A stretch of DNA of 64,000 bases from an uncultured Methanosarcinaceae archaeon. GTDB taxonomy: Archaea > Halobacteriota > Methanosarcinia > Methanosarcinales > Methanosarcinaceae. This document shows, one piece after another, positions 32,918 through 43,517 of this stretch. The notes below the pieces were generated by a model. That model was not told where the DNA came from. It worked only from the letters and a program-made list of their open reading frames with translations, and did not search any database. The translations under genes were made by a program, and so were the position numbers. Position 1 is the first letter of the stretch, and every line of letters starts with the position of its first letter. The DNA lies in assembly GCA_963733675.1 (NCBI GenBank), contig CAVTET010000005.1:32001-96000 (forward strand), in the 5' to 3' direction.

Positions 32918-34030
32918 TTAAATAAAATCAGTAATCAGAGTTTGTCTTTCGTCTCTTTCTCTGAGATTCGAAACTCCTACTCCTATAAGCCTGAGCTTTT
33001 GCCTTCCAATAAACTCTGAAAGTAGCTGCATAACTATCCGTTTAATAACAAAAATATCAGAAGTCCAGACTGAGGTAGTCTTTGAGCGTGTATATGTGGA
33101 AAAATCCTCGAAGCGCACTTTAAGAGTTACTGTTTTGAAAAGGAAGCTATGTCTGAGGAGAGCCCTATGAACGCTCTCTGCAAGCATGTCCAGAGAGCCT
33201 GCAATTTTTACAGGGTCATTTGTATCCTCTTCAAATGTTCCGCTCCTGCTCATTGACTTTACAGCTTCCTCCCATCCCTTTACTTCACTGAAATCTAGAC
33301 CATAAGCCACCTGCTTCATCCAGAGACCCATTTTCCCGAACTTTTCAGAGAGTATCTGTACATCGCAGTTTGCTAGATCCTCCACTTTTGTAATCTCCAT
33401 CAATTTAAGGATCTTGGTTGTTTTTTCACCTATACCAGGTATTTTTGAGACGTCTAGCGGGTAAAGGAACTCTTGAACATCTTCTGGCCTGACAACCGTA
33501 AGGCCATTAGGTTTATTAAACTTTGAAGCGACCTTTGCAATAAGTTTGTTTGGTCCAACCCCTACCGAACATGTGATTCTTTCTTGTCTCTTGATCTCGT
33601 CCTTTAATCTAAGTGCAATTATGGCAGCCTCTTCAAAGTTTCTTATTTCGGGTCCAGGCACTAGAAAAGCTTCGTCTACGCTATACTGCTGGAACTTCTC
33701 GGCAAAACCCTTCATTATCTCCATTACGTTTGCAGAAACCTGGGCATACAGCTTCATATTTACAGGTACAAAGGCAGCATCTGGACAGAGCTTATAAGCC
33801 TGTGAAATTGGCATCGCCGAATGTATACCATATTTTCTTGCCTCATATGAGCACGTGCTCACGACCCCTCTCCCTTCACCTCCCTTTGGATCTGAACCAA
33901 CGACAACGGGTAGACCTTTAAGTTCCGGCTTTTCTCTGGTCTCCACAGATGCAAAAAACGAATCCATGTCTACGTGGAGAACAATCCGCTTTTCGGTGCA
34001 GTTTGTATGATGATTGAGCGACAACATCAA
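32918..34030 (-). CDS. dinB: DNA polymerase IV (Y family)
   Basis: LHVDMDSFFASVE, STCSYEARKYGI, SVDEAF, KLIAKVAS, little-finger KVRFEDF...LRLIGVGVSNL; intact. Confidence 0.93.
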   Translation of the reverse strand: MMLSLNHHTNCTEKRIVLHVDMDSFFASVETREKPELKGLPVVVGSDPKGGEGRGVVSTCSYEARKYGIHSAMPISQAYKLCPDAAFVPVNMKLYAQVSANVMEIMKGFAEKFQQYSVDEAFLVPGPEIRNFEEAAIIALRLKDEIKRQERITCSVGVGPNKLIAKVASKFNKPNGLTVVRPEDVQEFLYPLDVSKIPGIGEKTTKILKLMEITKVEDLANCDVQILSEKFGKMGLWMKQVAYGLDFSEVKGWEEAVKSMSRSGTFEEDTNDPVKIAGSLDMLAESVHRALLRHSFLFKTVTLKVRFEDFSTYTRSKTTSVWTSDIFVIKRIVMQLLSEFIGRQKLRLIGVGVSNLRERDERQTLITDFI

Positions 34031-34199
34031 TGCGATATTAGACTAAAAATATAATAGGCATAAGTAAGCTGGGTGAAAGTATTAAATTTATAGACTTATT
34101 ATTCTACAAAAAGACTTGATTAAAATTATGCTTTATAAGTTTGACCAAATATTATATAAACACTATATATTAGTTATTACATAAAAGGAGATAAATGTC

Positions 34200-34905
34200 G
34201 TGTGTTGAGCGTATGGATTTTCAGTAATGAACGTGAATGACATATATGATAGGTTTGGTATTGAAAATGCTTTGGAGAATTTCAAACCGAGATGGAACAT
34301 CAGACCGGGACAATTAAATCCTGTTATCGTCAATCTTGAAAAAAAGAAAATTGAATTTATGCTTTGGGGACTACTCCCCCACTTTGCCAAAAATGAGCAT
34401 TATAAATACAAAACGATTAACGCTAAAGCTGAAACAGTAGATAAATTGCCTACATTCAGCAGGTCGTTTCTTCATAAACGTTGCTTAATCCCAGCTACAG
34501 GATTTTACGAACCCGATAAGATTCATTTTTCAAAATCACCTTTCTCATGGCATTACTTCCAAATGAAAGACCATTCGATTTTTGCTTTTGCTGGCCTATA
34601 TGACGTTTGGAAAGACGAAAATAACTGGGAAAATCCATAGCTATACAATCATTACCCCAGTCCCAAATGCAATTGTTGGGAAATATCATAACAGGATGCC
34701 TGTTATTTTAGAAAAAGAGGATGAAAAGGTATGGTTGAATCCTGATATTATTGAAGCGGCTCAGCTTCGTCCCTTTTTGAAGCCTTTCCCTGGTAACAAA
34801 CTGGAAGAATGGGAAGTTGGAGCTAAAGCGAGAAATTCGAAAAACGATTCTCCAGAAGTTATTGAGGCGCTTAAAATCAAAAGACAACGAAACTTATTTG
34901 ATTAA
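34200..34905 (+). pseudogene. SRAP (HMCES/YedK) abasic-site-processing protein
   Basis: GTG-TGT-TGA start (Cys2 then stop), PRWNIRPGQ, WGLLP, INAKAET, RCLIPATGFYE, FAGL, HNRMPVIL; frameshift near 34620. Confidence 0.88.
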
Positions 34906-35229
34906 CTTTTTGATAATGTAATGTCTAAGAGAAAGAATATTTTCCAGTGAGTGTAGAGCCTATAAATTTTCAATTTCTGAATTTTGACTTTTATTCTTCA
35001 GTCGTATGTTGACCGGCTGATTCTGAAATTTTTGTAACGGAACAGATGCAGCCACTTATCAATCAAAAAGCAATTGCAGTCCAAGGAGCAAAAAAGCCAT
35101 GATTGAAATTTTGGTAACCCTAGGCACAATTATGTCAGCAAATTAAATGAGTAAGTGAATATGTTTTATTAAAGAATAGTTTGCTTCAGACTGGAGTATC
35201 TGATTATTTGATGACGTTTCATTATCTTA

Positions 35230-35664
35230 TTAATTAGGATTTATATAATTATTAAACTTTGCTATAATTTGTTTTCTAATTATATCTGCATCGTTGACTA
35301 TTATCTCAACATTTTCGTTTTTATTCTCGGAAATTGCATTAATTATCCTATATTCACGCCTTCCAAAATCGTTAGGGAACCATCTCTCAAAAATCCACAT
35401 GCAAACTTGGCAATTTCCCAAATCAGCAGCATCATTAAGGCTCTGTAGACATTTCAGGGCCCCGTCAGCATTGCATTTTATGATGTGTTTATAGAACTCA
35501 AAATACTCCCCAGATTTTGAATTTTTTCCTTTATTCATCCAGTCATTAAATGTTTGATACGTTATTCCTGCGGATGCTGCTGCTAAAGCATAAGTAAGTC
35601 CCAATGCAACATTCTCACCGATTTGCTGTTGTAACTCTTTAGTCAATTTTGAAGATCTTGTCAT
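35230..35664 (-). CDS. HTH protein resembling phage terminase small subunit
   Basis: SKLT...I...V.LG.TY..AA..AGITYQTF..W..KG...G.Y.EF...A...W.FER.FP..FGR pattern recalled from TerS-like proteins. Confidence 0.6.
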   Translation of the reverse strand: MTRSSKLTKELQQQIGENVALGLTYALAAASAGITYQTFNDWMNKGKNSKSGEYFEFYKHIIKCNADGALKCLQSLNDAADLGNCQVCMWIFERWFPNDFGRREYRIINAISENKNENVEIIVNDADIIRKQIIAKFNNYINPN

Positions 35665-36174
35665 TTTGATCTCGTTTTTACTTTTTTTAATAAATATAAT
35701 TGAGTGTTATGCTTAATATTTTTTTTAGTTTGTTTATCTATGAAACCGAGTTATGAACTCACAAATGGAATGGGTATTTTGAGCTATTGACTGCTTATAG
35801 CTTTTAAAACTTTCACCTATGACTTGTTATACAGGAACGAACGTGGGGCTATTCTAGGCATTTTCTTGAATTAGATAAGTTTATACCTAATATCAAAAAC
35901 TCAATGAAGGGGCTGAGAATAAGTCAGGTTATGGTACTCTGTAAACAAAATCTAGAATAGGATTAGCAAGATAGTTCAAGTAATAAAAAAGTAAATGAAA
36001 TCTCATTTAGAAATTGAGAATATAAGTAATCATATCACATCTTTATGTGTCAATATACGAGTAAAAGGTTGTATTGATATTGCTTTTGGGTTCTAGATTT
36101 TCTGAGAATCTATCATAATCTATTCATTTTCGTAAACTCTAGGTGAGTTCTTGAAAGTGTTAAATAGCAATTTT
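35487..36174 (-). repeat. 688-bp inverted repeat, right arm
   Basis: Reverse complement of 28382-29069. Confidence 0.92.
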
Positions 36175-37189
36175 TATTAATATGATTAATATTGTGTACT
36201 TTTAGTCTTTTATTTTATAACGGTCATGTTATTACCTATTGACAACTTCTACAATCCCCTAGAGCGATTACACTGGCAATATTATTTTTATACATCCAGA
36301 AAATTATGAATATAACAATGATAACGTTCACAATGTCGGTTATAAAGACTACAGCGGTACTATAGCACATTTATTTAATACTATTTGGCAGTGAACCCTA
36401 TGGATATAGCGGTGTACCTTTTGGATATAACTATGTATGGGATAGTGGACCTTCTAGCATAGCAGAAATACCAAATTCAGATTATCATTGTTCCACTGCA
36501 AAGGTTTCTTCGCCTGGGGGTTCCAAGGCCAGATTGAGTAGTCCCAAATCTAAGGATTCTATAAGGTAGAAGAAACATAAAAAATATTCCAAACATCAAA
36601 AGGCGAGAAAAAAATTGCCAAGTGTAGAGTAAAAAATGCCTTGATTTTTCAGTTCCATTAATTGGAAGCAGCACCCAAAAAAAGTTGTATCATTGCTGCA
36701 AGTTTTATGGATAATAAGCTCTAATAACAAAAATAAAATGAGTAGAAGGATCTACGGTCCATATTTGCTTAATCCTGCAATAATATTTCTCAATTGAATG
36801 CTCATAATATATATATATTTTTAAATTAGGAAATAAAAGAGTTAAATTTCTAAAAGTTAATACCTATTCAGATATCTATAAGTACTGACAAAAACCTGTG
36901 CATCAATGAAACAATAAATATAGACACATTATCAGCATGATCATGGACTTAGAATCCTTTTTTTATAGCGAAAGAAAAAAGATATAGAGTCAATCAGATA
37001 TTACAGAACTTTCGGACACTCCATGCAATCAATCAAAAACCAGAAAGTAAAAAAAGTCTCATATCTAGAGAAAACTGTATTATAGTCAATCGGGCAATTT
37101 TATTCAGGAAAAACCTGAAAGCATTCAGTGATCAATTATCAAAATATTTATCTGTAGTCAAATGTAGCTGAGTTTTTAATCGTGAGGAA

Positions 37190-37738
37190 ATGAGCTTGGA
37201 CTGGAATGAAGTATATAATGGAACACCACCATGGAATATAGGTCACCCACAACCAGTTTTCGAAGCCCTTATAAAGGAAGGAGAAATTGAGCCTAGAAGG
37301 GCGCTGGATATTGGATGCGGCCGGGGTGATAATGCAATAATGTTAGCTATGAATGGGTGTGACGTCACAGGTATAGACCTTTTTGAAGATGCCATCTCTG
37401 ACGCAAAGGCAAAGGTAATAGAGCGCCATGTTAAGGTAAATTTCGTCGTCGGGAATGTATTAAGCATGGATCAGCTTTTCATGGAGGCTGAATTTGACAT
37501 CGTTATAGATTCGGTTTTGTTTCATGCGGTGACGGATGAGGATAGGCCAGTTTTTGCACGGCAGATACATAGAGTTCTAAAACCAGGCGGCAAATATTTC
37601 ATGCTGAGTTTCTCTGATAAAGAGCCCGAAGGCTATGGGCCCAGAAGGATTTCAAAAGCTGAAATAAAGCGTACTTCCACGCCATTTTTTAATATTATAT
37701 ATAAAAGATTCGGCTTTCTATTCGAAAGCAGAGCCTAA
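37190..37738 (+). CDS. Class I SAM-dependent methyltransferase (TPMT/TehB-like), possible 3' frameshift
   Basis: PPWNIG.PQP, ALDIGCGRG, VTGID, FDIVIDS.LFH, LKPGG. Confidence 0.8.
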   Translation: MSLDWNEVYNGTPPWNIGHPQPVFEALIKEGEIEPRRALDIGCGRGDNAIMLAMNGCDVTGIDLFEDAISDAKAKVIERHVKVNFVVGNVLSMDQLFMEAEFDIVIDSVLFHAVTDEDRPVFARQIHRVLKPGGKYFMLSFSDKEPEGYGPRRISKAEIKRTSTPFFNIIYKRFGFLFESRA

Positions 37739-38150
37739 TAACAGTAAATTCTGCCTTTTATCTGCCTCCTGGAGTTAATTAGATCGATGCAGGTATTTAA
37801 TGCTTAGGTTGGAATCTTATCCAAAAAATCACTTATGGCATGTTGTAAAATTACAAATCGGTCTTTAATATCCGAGTATCCGTTCCGGTTGTGAATAGTG
37901 TCAATTGTTAAAGTTACATAGGTCAAGCACTTTTCGGATAAACTCTTAAAAAGAGTTTCTACATAGCCAAACTATAAACTCCAAAATTATGCTCATCAAA
38001 AAAAATCATAAACCCTTTATTTTATAGATGTACACAAAAATGCCATCTACTTTTCTCATCCAGAACTGGAGCAAATAAGAAATACTACCTTTAGAACAAA
38101 ATATATATATCACAATTCCTTTATGGTATAGATCTGGCCATCTGCCTTAT

Positions 38151-38233
38151 GCCGAGGTAGTCTAGTGGTAGGGCGCAAGCCTGGAAAGCTTGTGGGGCTT
38201 AGCCCCTCGGGAGTTCGAATCTCCCTCTCGGCG
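38151..38233 (+). tRNA. tRNA-Ser(GGA)
   Basis: GCCGAGG acceptor, CAAGC-CT-GGA-AA-GCTTG anticodon arm, long variable arm, GTTCGAATC. Confidence 0.96.
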
Positions 38234-38529
38234 TCGTATTTTCTACATAATTTTTAATGTAAGTTTCTCAATATTTTCATCTATATTTCAGCACTTTGCT
38301 CGAATAGTCGATCTTCAATCATTTTTCCATTTAATCTTGCTGGAATTCGTATTGAATAGAAAGCTAGTGAAGATAAAATTATATACTGGTAGTTTCATGT
38401 AACTGAAATCATCAGTATATGCTGTAAAGAAGCTCCTTTAGAGAGCTGCTCCTGAGTCTTTCGCATATTTATTTTGGGTGTTCGATCAGGGGCTACAGGA
38501 TGCTGTATGCACTCCATTGGAGGAAGTAT

Positions 38530-38988
38530 ATGGTAGAAGAAAAAAAGAACGACGAATTAAGGCATCTTGTTCGAATTATGAATACCGATCTGAAGGGGGC
38601 AAAGCCAGTACAATATGCCCTCACAGGCCTTCAGGGAATAGGGAGGCGCACTGCAATACTCATTGCAAGAGGGGCAGGAGTGAGCCCAACTGCTATACTT
38701 GGATACCTGCCAGACGAAGAAGTGGCTAAACTAGACAATACTATAGAAAAGTTTGAAGATATTGTTCCTAGTTGGATGTTGAACAGGCAAAGAGACGTGA
38801 TAACAGGACAGGACAGGCATCTACTCGGAACGGATATCTTGCTGACCTTCAGAGAAGATATTAATAACCTGAAAAAGATCCGCGCCTACAGAGGGCTCAG
38901 GCACGAAAGAGGCCTTAAGGTGAGGGGACAGAGAACAAAATCTACAGGCCGTCGTGGATCAACTGTTGGAGTCAGCAGGAAAAAGTAA
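38530..38988 (+). CDS. rps13: 30S ribosomal protein S13 (uS13)
   Basis: [43 protein letters not shown]; start after GGAGG RBS. Confidence 0.96.
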   Translation: MVEEKKNDELRHLVRIMNTDLKGAKPVQYALTGLQGIGRRTAILIARGAGVSPTAILGYLPDEEVAKLDNTIEKFEDIVPSWMLNRQRDVITGQDRHLLGTDILLTFREDINNLKKIRAYRGLRHERGLKVRGQRTKSTGRRGSTVGVSRKK

Positions 38989-39010
38989 TTTTCCGATGAG
39001 GTGGTTCTAG

Positions 39011-40047
<1,037 letters not shown>

Positions 40048-40105
40048 GTGAATTTTCAAAATTCTATTTTTTGAATGGATAAAAATATAAGGAAAATTAG
40101 GGTAT

Positions 40106-40906
40106 ATGACGATGGAAGTAGACATTCTGGAGTTATCGGAAAGATCTGCAAAATTCGTACTTTCCAATGTAAGTACAGCTTTTGCCAACAGCATTAGACG
40201 TGCCATGATTGCAGATGTACCAACTCTTGCGATTGAGTATGTAAACCTTTATGACAATACCTCGGTACTCTATGATGAGCAGCTAGCCCTCCGTCTGTCC
40301 TTAATACCGCTCATAACGGATATAGAGACGTATGTACCACAGGCAGAATGCGATGTCTGCGGGGGGGAAGGCTGTCCTGCCTGCGAGGTGTCATTAAACC
40401 TTAGCGCAGAAGGCCCAGCAACTGTTTATTCGCGGGACCTGATTTCTTCTGATCCAAAGATCCAGCCAGCTGATCCTAACATACCTATTGTTGAGCTAAA
40501 AAAGGGGCAGAAACTCGTGCTTGAGGCTATTGCCCATATGGGATACGGTAGAGATAGCGTTAAATGGCAAGCTGGTGTAGCCTGCGGTTACAAGAACGTA
40601 CCTATCATAACTATTGAAAACTGTGATGCATGTGGTCAATGTGCTGCAGAATGCCCAAAGGATATCATACGAATCGAAGGAACAGGAGCTAGAATTGCTG
40701 AGGATGATGTCATTAAATGTTTTCTCTGCAGGCTCTGTGAGCAGGTATGTGACATTCATGCGATTAAAATAAACTTCAATGAAAAAGCTTTTGTGTTTAC
40801 CATGGAATCAGATGGTTCTTACACAACTAAAGACCTTGCTCTAAATGCAGCAAACGTGATTAAAGGTAAAGCTGAAGAAATATTACACATACTGGATCAG
40901 CTCTAA
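40106..40906 (+). CDS. rpoD: DNA-directed RNA polymerase subunit D (Rpo3) with ferredoxin-like insert
   Basis: ANSIRRAMIADVPTLAI, NTSVLYDE.LALRL, CDACGQCAAECP and CFLCRLCEQVC. Confidence 0.96.
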   Translation: MTMEVDILELSERSAKFVLSNVSTAFANSIRRAMIADVPTLAIEYVNLYDNTSVLYDEQLALRLSLIPLITDIETYVPQAECDVCGGEGCPACEVSLNLSAEGPATVYSRDLISSDPKIQPADPNIPIVELKKGQKLVLEAIAHMGYGRDSVKWQAGVACGYKNVPIITIENCDACGQCAAECPKDIIRIEGTGARIAEDDVIKCFLCRLCEQVCDIHAIKINFNEKAFVFTMESDGSYTTKDLALNAANVIKGKAEEILHILDQL

Positions 40907-41158
40907 GCGGCTGCTTAGATGCAGTCCATAATCTACTTTTGTCATAATTCAGGTCTTTTGACTCTAAAAGTTTCAATTGGAGATATTTCTCTGAACTTTT
41001 TTATAACTGAATACTTTATCTATTGTTTTGCTTTATCAGGATCTTTAAAAGTATTGTAATGATCTTTTATGTCTCGAAATGTTTATATATTATCCACGAT
41101 ATTGTGAGGAATTGCCGGGTGCAAAGCACGCATACATATCAAAATAAAAAGAGATTTA

Positions 41159-41206
41159 AGGGTTGCCTAGCTAAGCAGAGTAAGTAGTCTGAGGACAGTT
41201 CTTATA
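41159..41206 (+). pseudogene. Possible decayed 5' half of a tRNA-Leu duplicate
   Basis: AGGGTTGCCTAGCTAAG...TAGTCTGAGG...TTCT resembles AGGGTTGCCCAGCCAGG...TAGGTTGAGG...TTCT of the downstream tRNA. Confidence 0.45.
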
Positions 41207-41288
41207 TTTTTGAGTAAAACTTCGTTTGTTAACAAAAAAATAACACATTGATAAATGCTTGATATTAAGACAGATGAACATTCTATGT

Positions 41289-41376
41289 GCGAGGGTTGCC
41301 CAGCCAGGTCAAAGGCGATAGGTTGAGGGCCTATTCTCGTAGGAGTTCGTGGGTTCGAATCCCATCCCTCGCACCA
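41289..41376 (+). tRNA. tRNA-Leu(GAG), CCA encoded
   Basis: GCGAGGG acceptor, ATAGG-TT-GAG-GG-CCTAT anticodon arm, variable arm, GGTTCGAATCC, ACCA. Confidence 0.96.
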
Positions 41377-41428
41377 AATTTTATAATTATCAAATTTCAA
41401 GCTTTATTCATTTCTACAGATTTTTCTT

Positions 41429-41625
41429 ATGAATTACGCTCAACTGAAGGCTAAGTGGCTTCTTGGTTCATCCCTTTCTCTTTTGGGAACAAGTCCCCAA
41501 TTATATCCCCGCATTACATGGGCATCTGAGTCAAATTCGATTTTGATCAATGAAAACAAATTTTTGATATTAATTGCAGCATAAAGTCTCTATTATTTTG
41601 TTTCTTGCAATCACGACATTTTCAT
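41429..41625 (-). mobile_element. IS605/IS1341 tnpB 3' end plus right-end (omega-RNA region) relic
   Basis: Decayed (H)NRD..AAINIK..FIDQN tail then GGGGACTTGTT...GAACCAAGAAGCCACTTAG..TTCAGTTGAG..TAATTCA; homologous to 51573-51800. Confidence 0.7.
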
Positions 41626-41685
41626 TCTCTGTCTTTTTTTCTGAAAAGTAATTTATGCTAGTAGTCCTTTTTTATTTGGGTTTGA

Positions 41686-42666
41686 ATGAGAGAATTTGTT
41701 AAGCCGAGAGTTGTGGTTAGTAAATGCCTTGAGTTTGATCACTGTCGATATAACGGAGATCTGATAAGAAGCTTAATAGTGGCAAAGCTTAAGGAGTATG
41801 TTGATTTCCTGCCTGTTTGTGCGGAAGTGGAGATAGGGCTTGGTATTCCAAGAAGTCCAGTGAGAATAATTCTTGAAAAAGGAGAACACAGGCTTATCCA
41901 GCCCATAAGCGGCAAGGATGTAACTGAAGATATGAAGGCTTTTTGTGCTGATTTTCTTGATTCACTAGGAGATGTTGACGGTTTTATTCTGAAATTCAGG
42001 TCTCCTTCCTGTGGGCTGAAAGATGTAAAAGTTTATCCTTCTGTCAGTAAGTCAGGAGCAATTGGGAAAACATCAGGATATTTTGGGGAAGCAGTCCTGA
42101 AAAGACATCCTTTCCTTCCAATTGAGGATGAAGCAAGGCTCAGAAACGGCCGCATTAAAGAACATTTCCTGACAAAGCTATTTATATTTGCAGCTTTCCG
42201 GAAAGTAAAATCCAAAGGAAGCATAAAGGACCTGATCAGGTTTCATACTGAAAATAAGTATCTTCTCATGGCTTATAGCCAGGCAGAACTTCGGAAACTG
42301 GGAGCAATTGTTGCAAATAAAGAAAAAAAAACCTTTAATGAACTGATTTCAGATTACGAAGGACACTTTTACAGTATTTTCACCAAACCTCCTCGATACA
42401 CTTCGAGTATTAACGTCCTCATGCACGCCTTCGGGCATTTTTCAGAGAATATTTCAAAAGGCGAAAAAACCCTTTTTTTTGACTGGATTCAAAAATACAT
42501 GGAAAGAAGAATCTCTCTTTGCCCCGCAATAAACACAATCAAATCATGGATAGTGCGTTTTGAGGATCAATATCTTATGCATCAGACTTTTTTTGAACCT
42601 TATCCAGAAGACCTTTTGGAAGTGGACCTTATAGCCCCCAACTTAATAAAAGATCTCTGGAAATAA
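41686..42666 (+). CDS. DUF523 (2-thiouracil desulfurase-like) + DUF1722 (YbgA) protein
   Basis: VSKCL...RYNG, CAEVEIGLGIPR, RSPSCG, FHTENKYLLMA, NVLMHAFG.F, Q.FFEPYP. Confidence 0.88.
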   Translation: MREFVKPRVVVSKCLEFDHCRYNGDLIRSLIVAKLKEYVDFLPVCAEVEIGLGIPRSPVRIILEKGEHRLIQPISGKDVTEDMKAFCADFLDSLGDVDGFILKFRSPSCGLKDVKVYPSVSKSGAIGKTSGYFGEAVLKRHPFLPIEDEARLRNGRIKEHFLTKLFIFAAFRKVKSKGSIKDLIRFHTENKYLLMAYSQAELRKLGAIVANKEKKTFNELISDYEGHFYSIFTKPPRYTSSINVLMHAFGHFSENISKGEKTLFFDWIQKYMERRISLCPAINTIKSWIVRFEDQYLMHQTFFEPYPEDLLEVDLIAPNLIKDLWK

Positions 42667-42669
42667 GTT

Positions 42670-43490
42670 ATAGAGAATTTCAATAAACTCCTATGCATTT
42701 GACTATTGGAGAGTGTAAGTATCTTGAAATAATTTTCACTCGTGAAAAAATCTTACTGATTTTGCTCTTAAAAAAAATACAAAAGTCTTCAGTCAGTTGG
42801 AGACAAATTTGCTGAAATTTGTTTCTTAATTGATTGGAAATCTCTTCGTATCATTTTTGAATCCATATATTTTAACAAAACAGTTTCAGTTGCAGACCTG
42901 AAGCTGACGTAATCATTACGTTTAGAATGCTTGTTTTACAGCAATTCCATGGTCTTTGAGACTTTGAACTTGAGAAACAATGTATTGATCGAATTTCTTT
43001 CAGGAAATTCCTTGATTTATCTTAGTAAATTTTAGATAGTACTACAGTCTGGTTATTCAGAAAAAGAATTATTGATAACTGTAAAGAAGAAAAAATGTGG
43101 TGACAGTTGCAAAGCCAAATTGTTTGTCTTGGTTTGTAAATAAAACAGGAATGATTAAGGACACTACTTTTATCAATTCAGATCCTGAACATGCAAAAAT
43201 CGATAAACTTCGAGAAAATGAAGCCAAAATAAGGAGAAGCAGAGGTGAAACTGGAAAAAATGGGTCGTAAATCATACTTTGGATATAAACTGCATAGCAT
43301 AATAGCAGGGATTATGAGCCAGTCAGAAGATCCAAAACGCCCACTGATCACTTACTTATTATCAGTAGATTTATCAGAAAAAATGAAATGGTTTACAGAG
43401 GCAGAAGATACTTTGGAGCAAAATCAAAAAATCATGGTGCAACAATGAAACAAGCAGTAAAAGAACATCCTCTGGGAATTTTCTATACTA
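42670..43490 (+). mobile_element. IS5-family transposase pseudogene
   Basis: Left end GAGAATTTCAATAAACTCC; DFAL..SLQSVGDK..LIDW, CIDRISFRKFL, DSTTVW, DTTFI.SDP.H, YFGYKLH with many lesions. Confidence 0.8.
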
Positions 43491-43517
43491 ACCGATTTCA
43501 AGCTTATTATAAAAAAA

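Larger units (their letters stand above)
23291..37021. mobile_element. Decaying integrative element: integrase - PolA replication module - TerS-like genes - DinB/SRAP cargo
   Basis: Gene content listed separately; bounded by inverted CAGTGCACCGAAAGTTCTGTAA (23291) and TTACAGAACTTTCGGACACTC (37001-37021); boundaries tentative. Confidence 0.65.

Noticed and set aside
36226-36780. Coding-like fragments to the right of the inverted repeat
   Set aside because: Multiple stops and no recognisable family on either strand.
23291-37021. Casposon or pipolin
   Set aside because: No Cas1 is present and the polymerase has family-A, not family-B, motifs.
38151-38233. tRNA-Ser (or tRNA-Glu) as the element's attachment site
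   Set aside because: No duplicated tRNA segment was found near either element boundary, and the element lies on the 5' side of both tRNAs.
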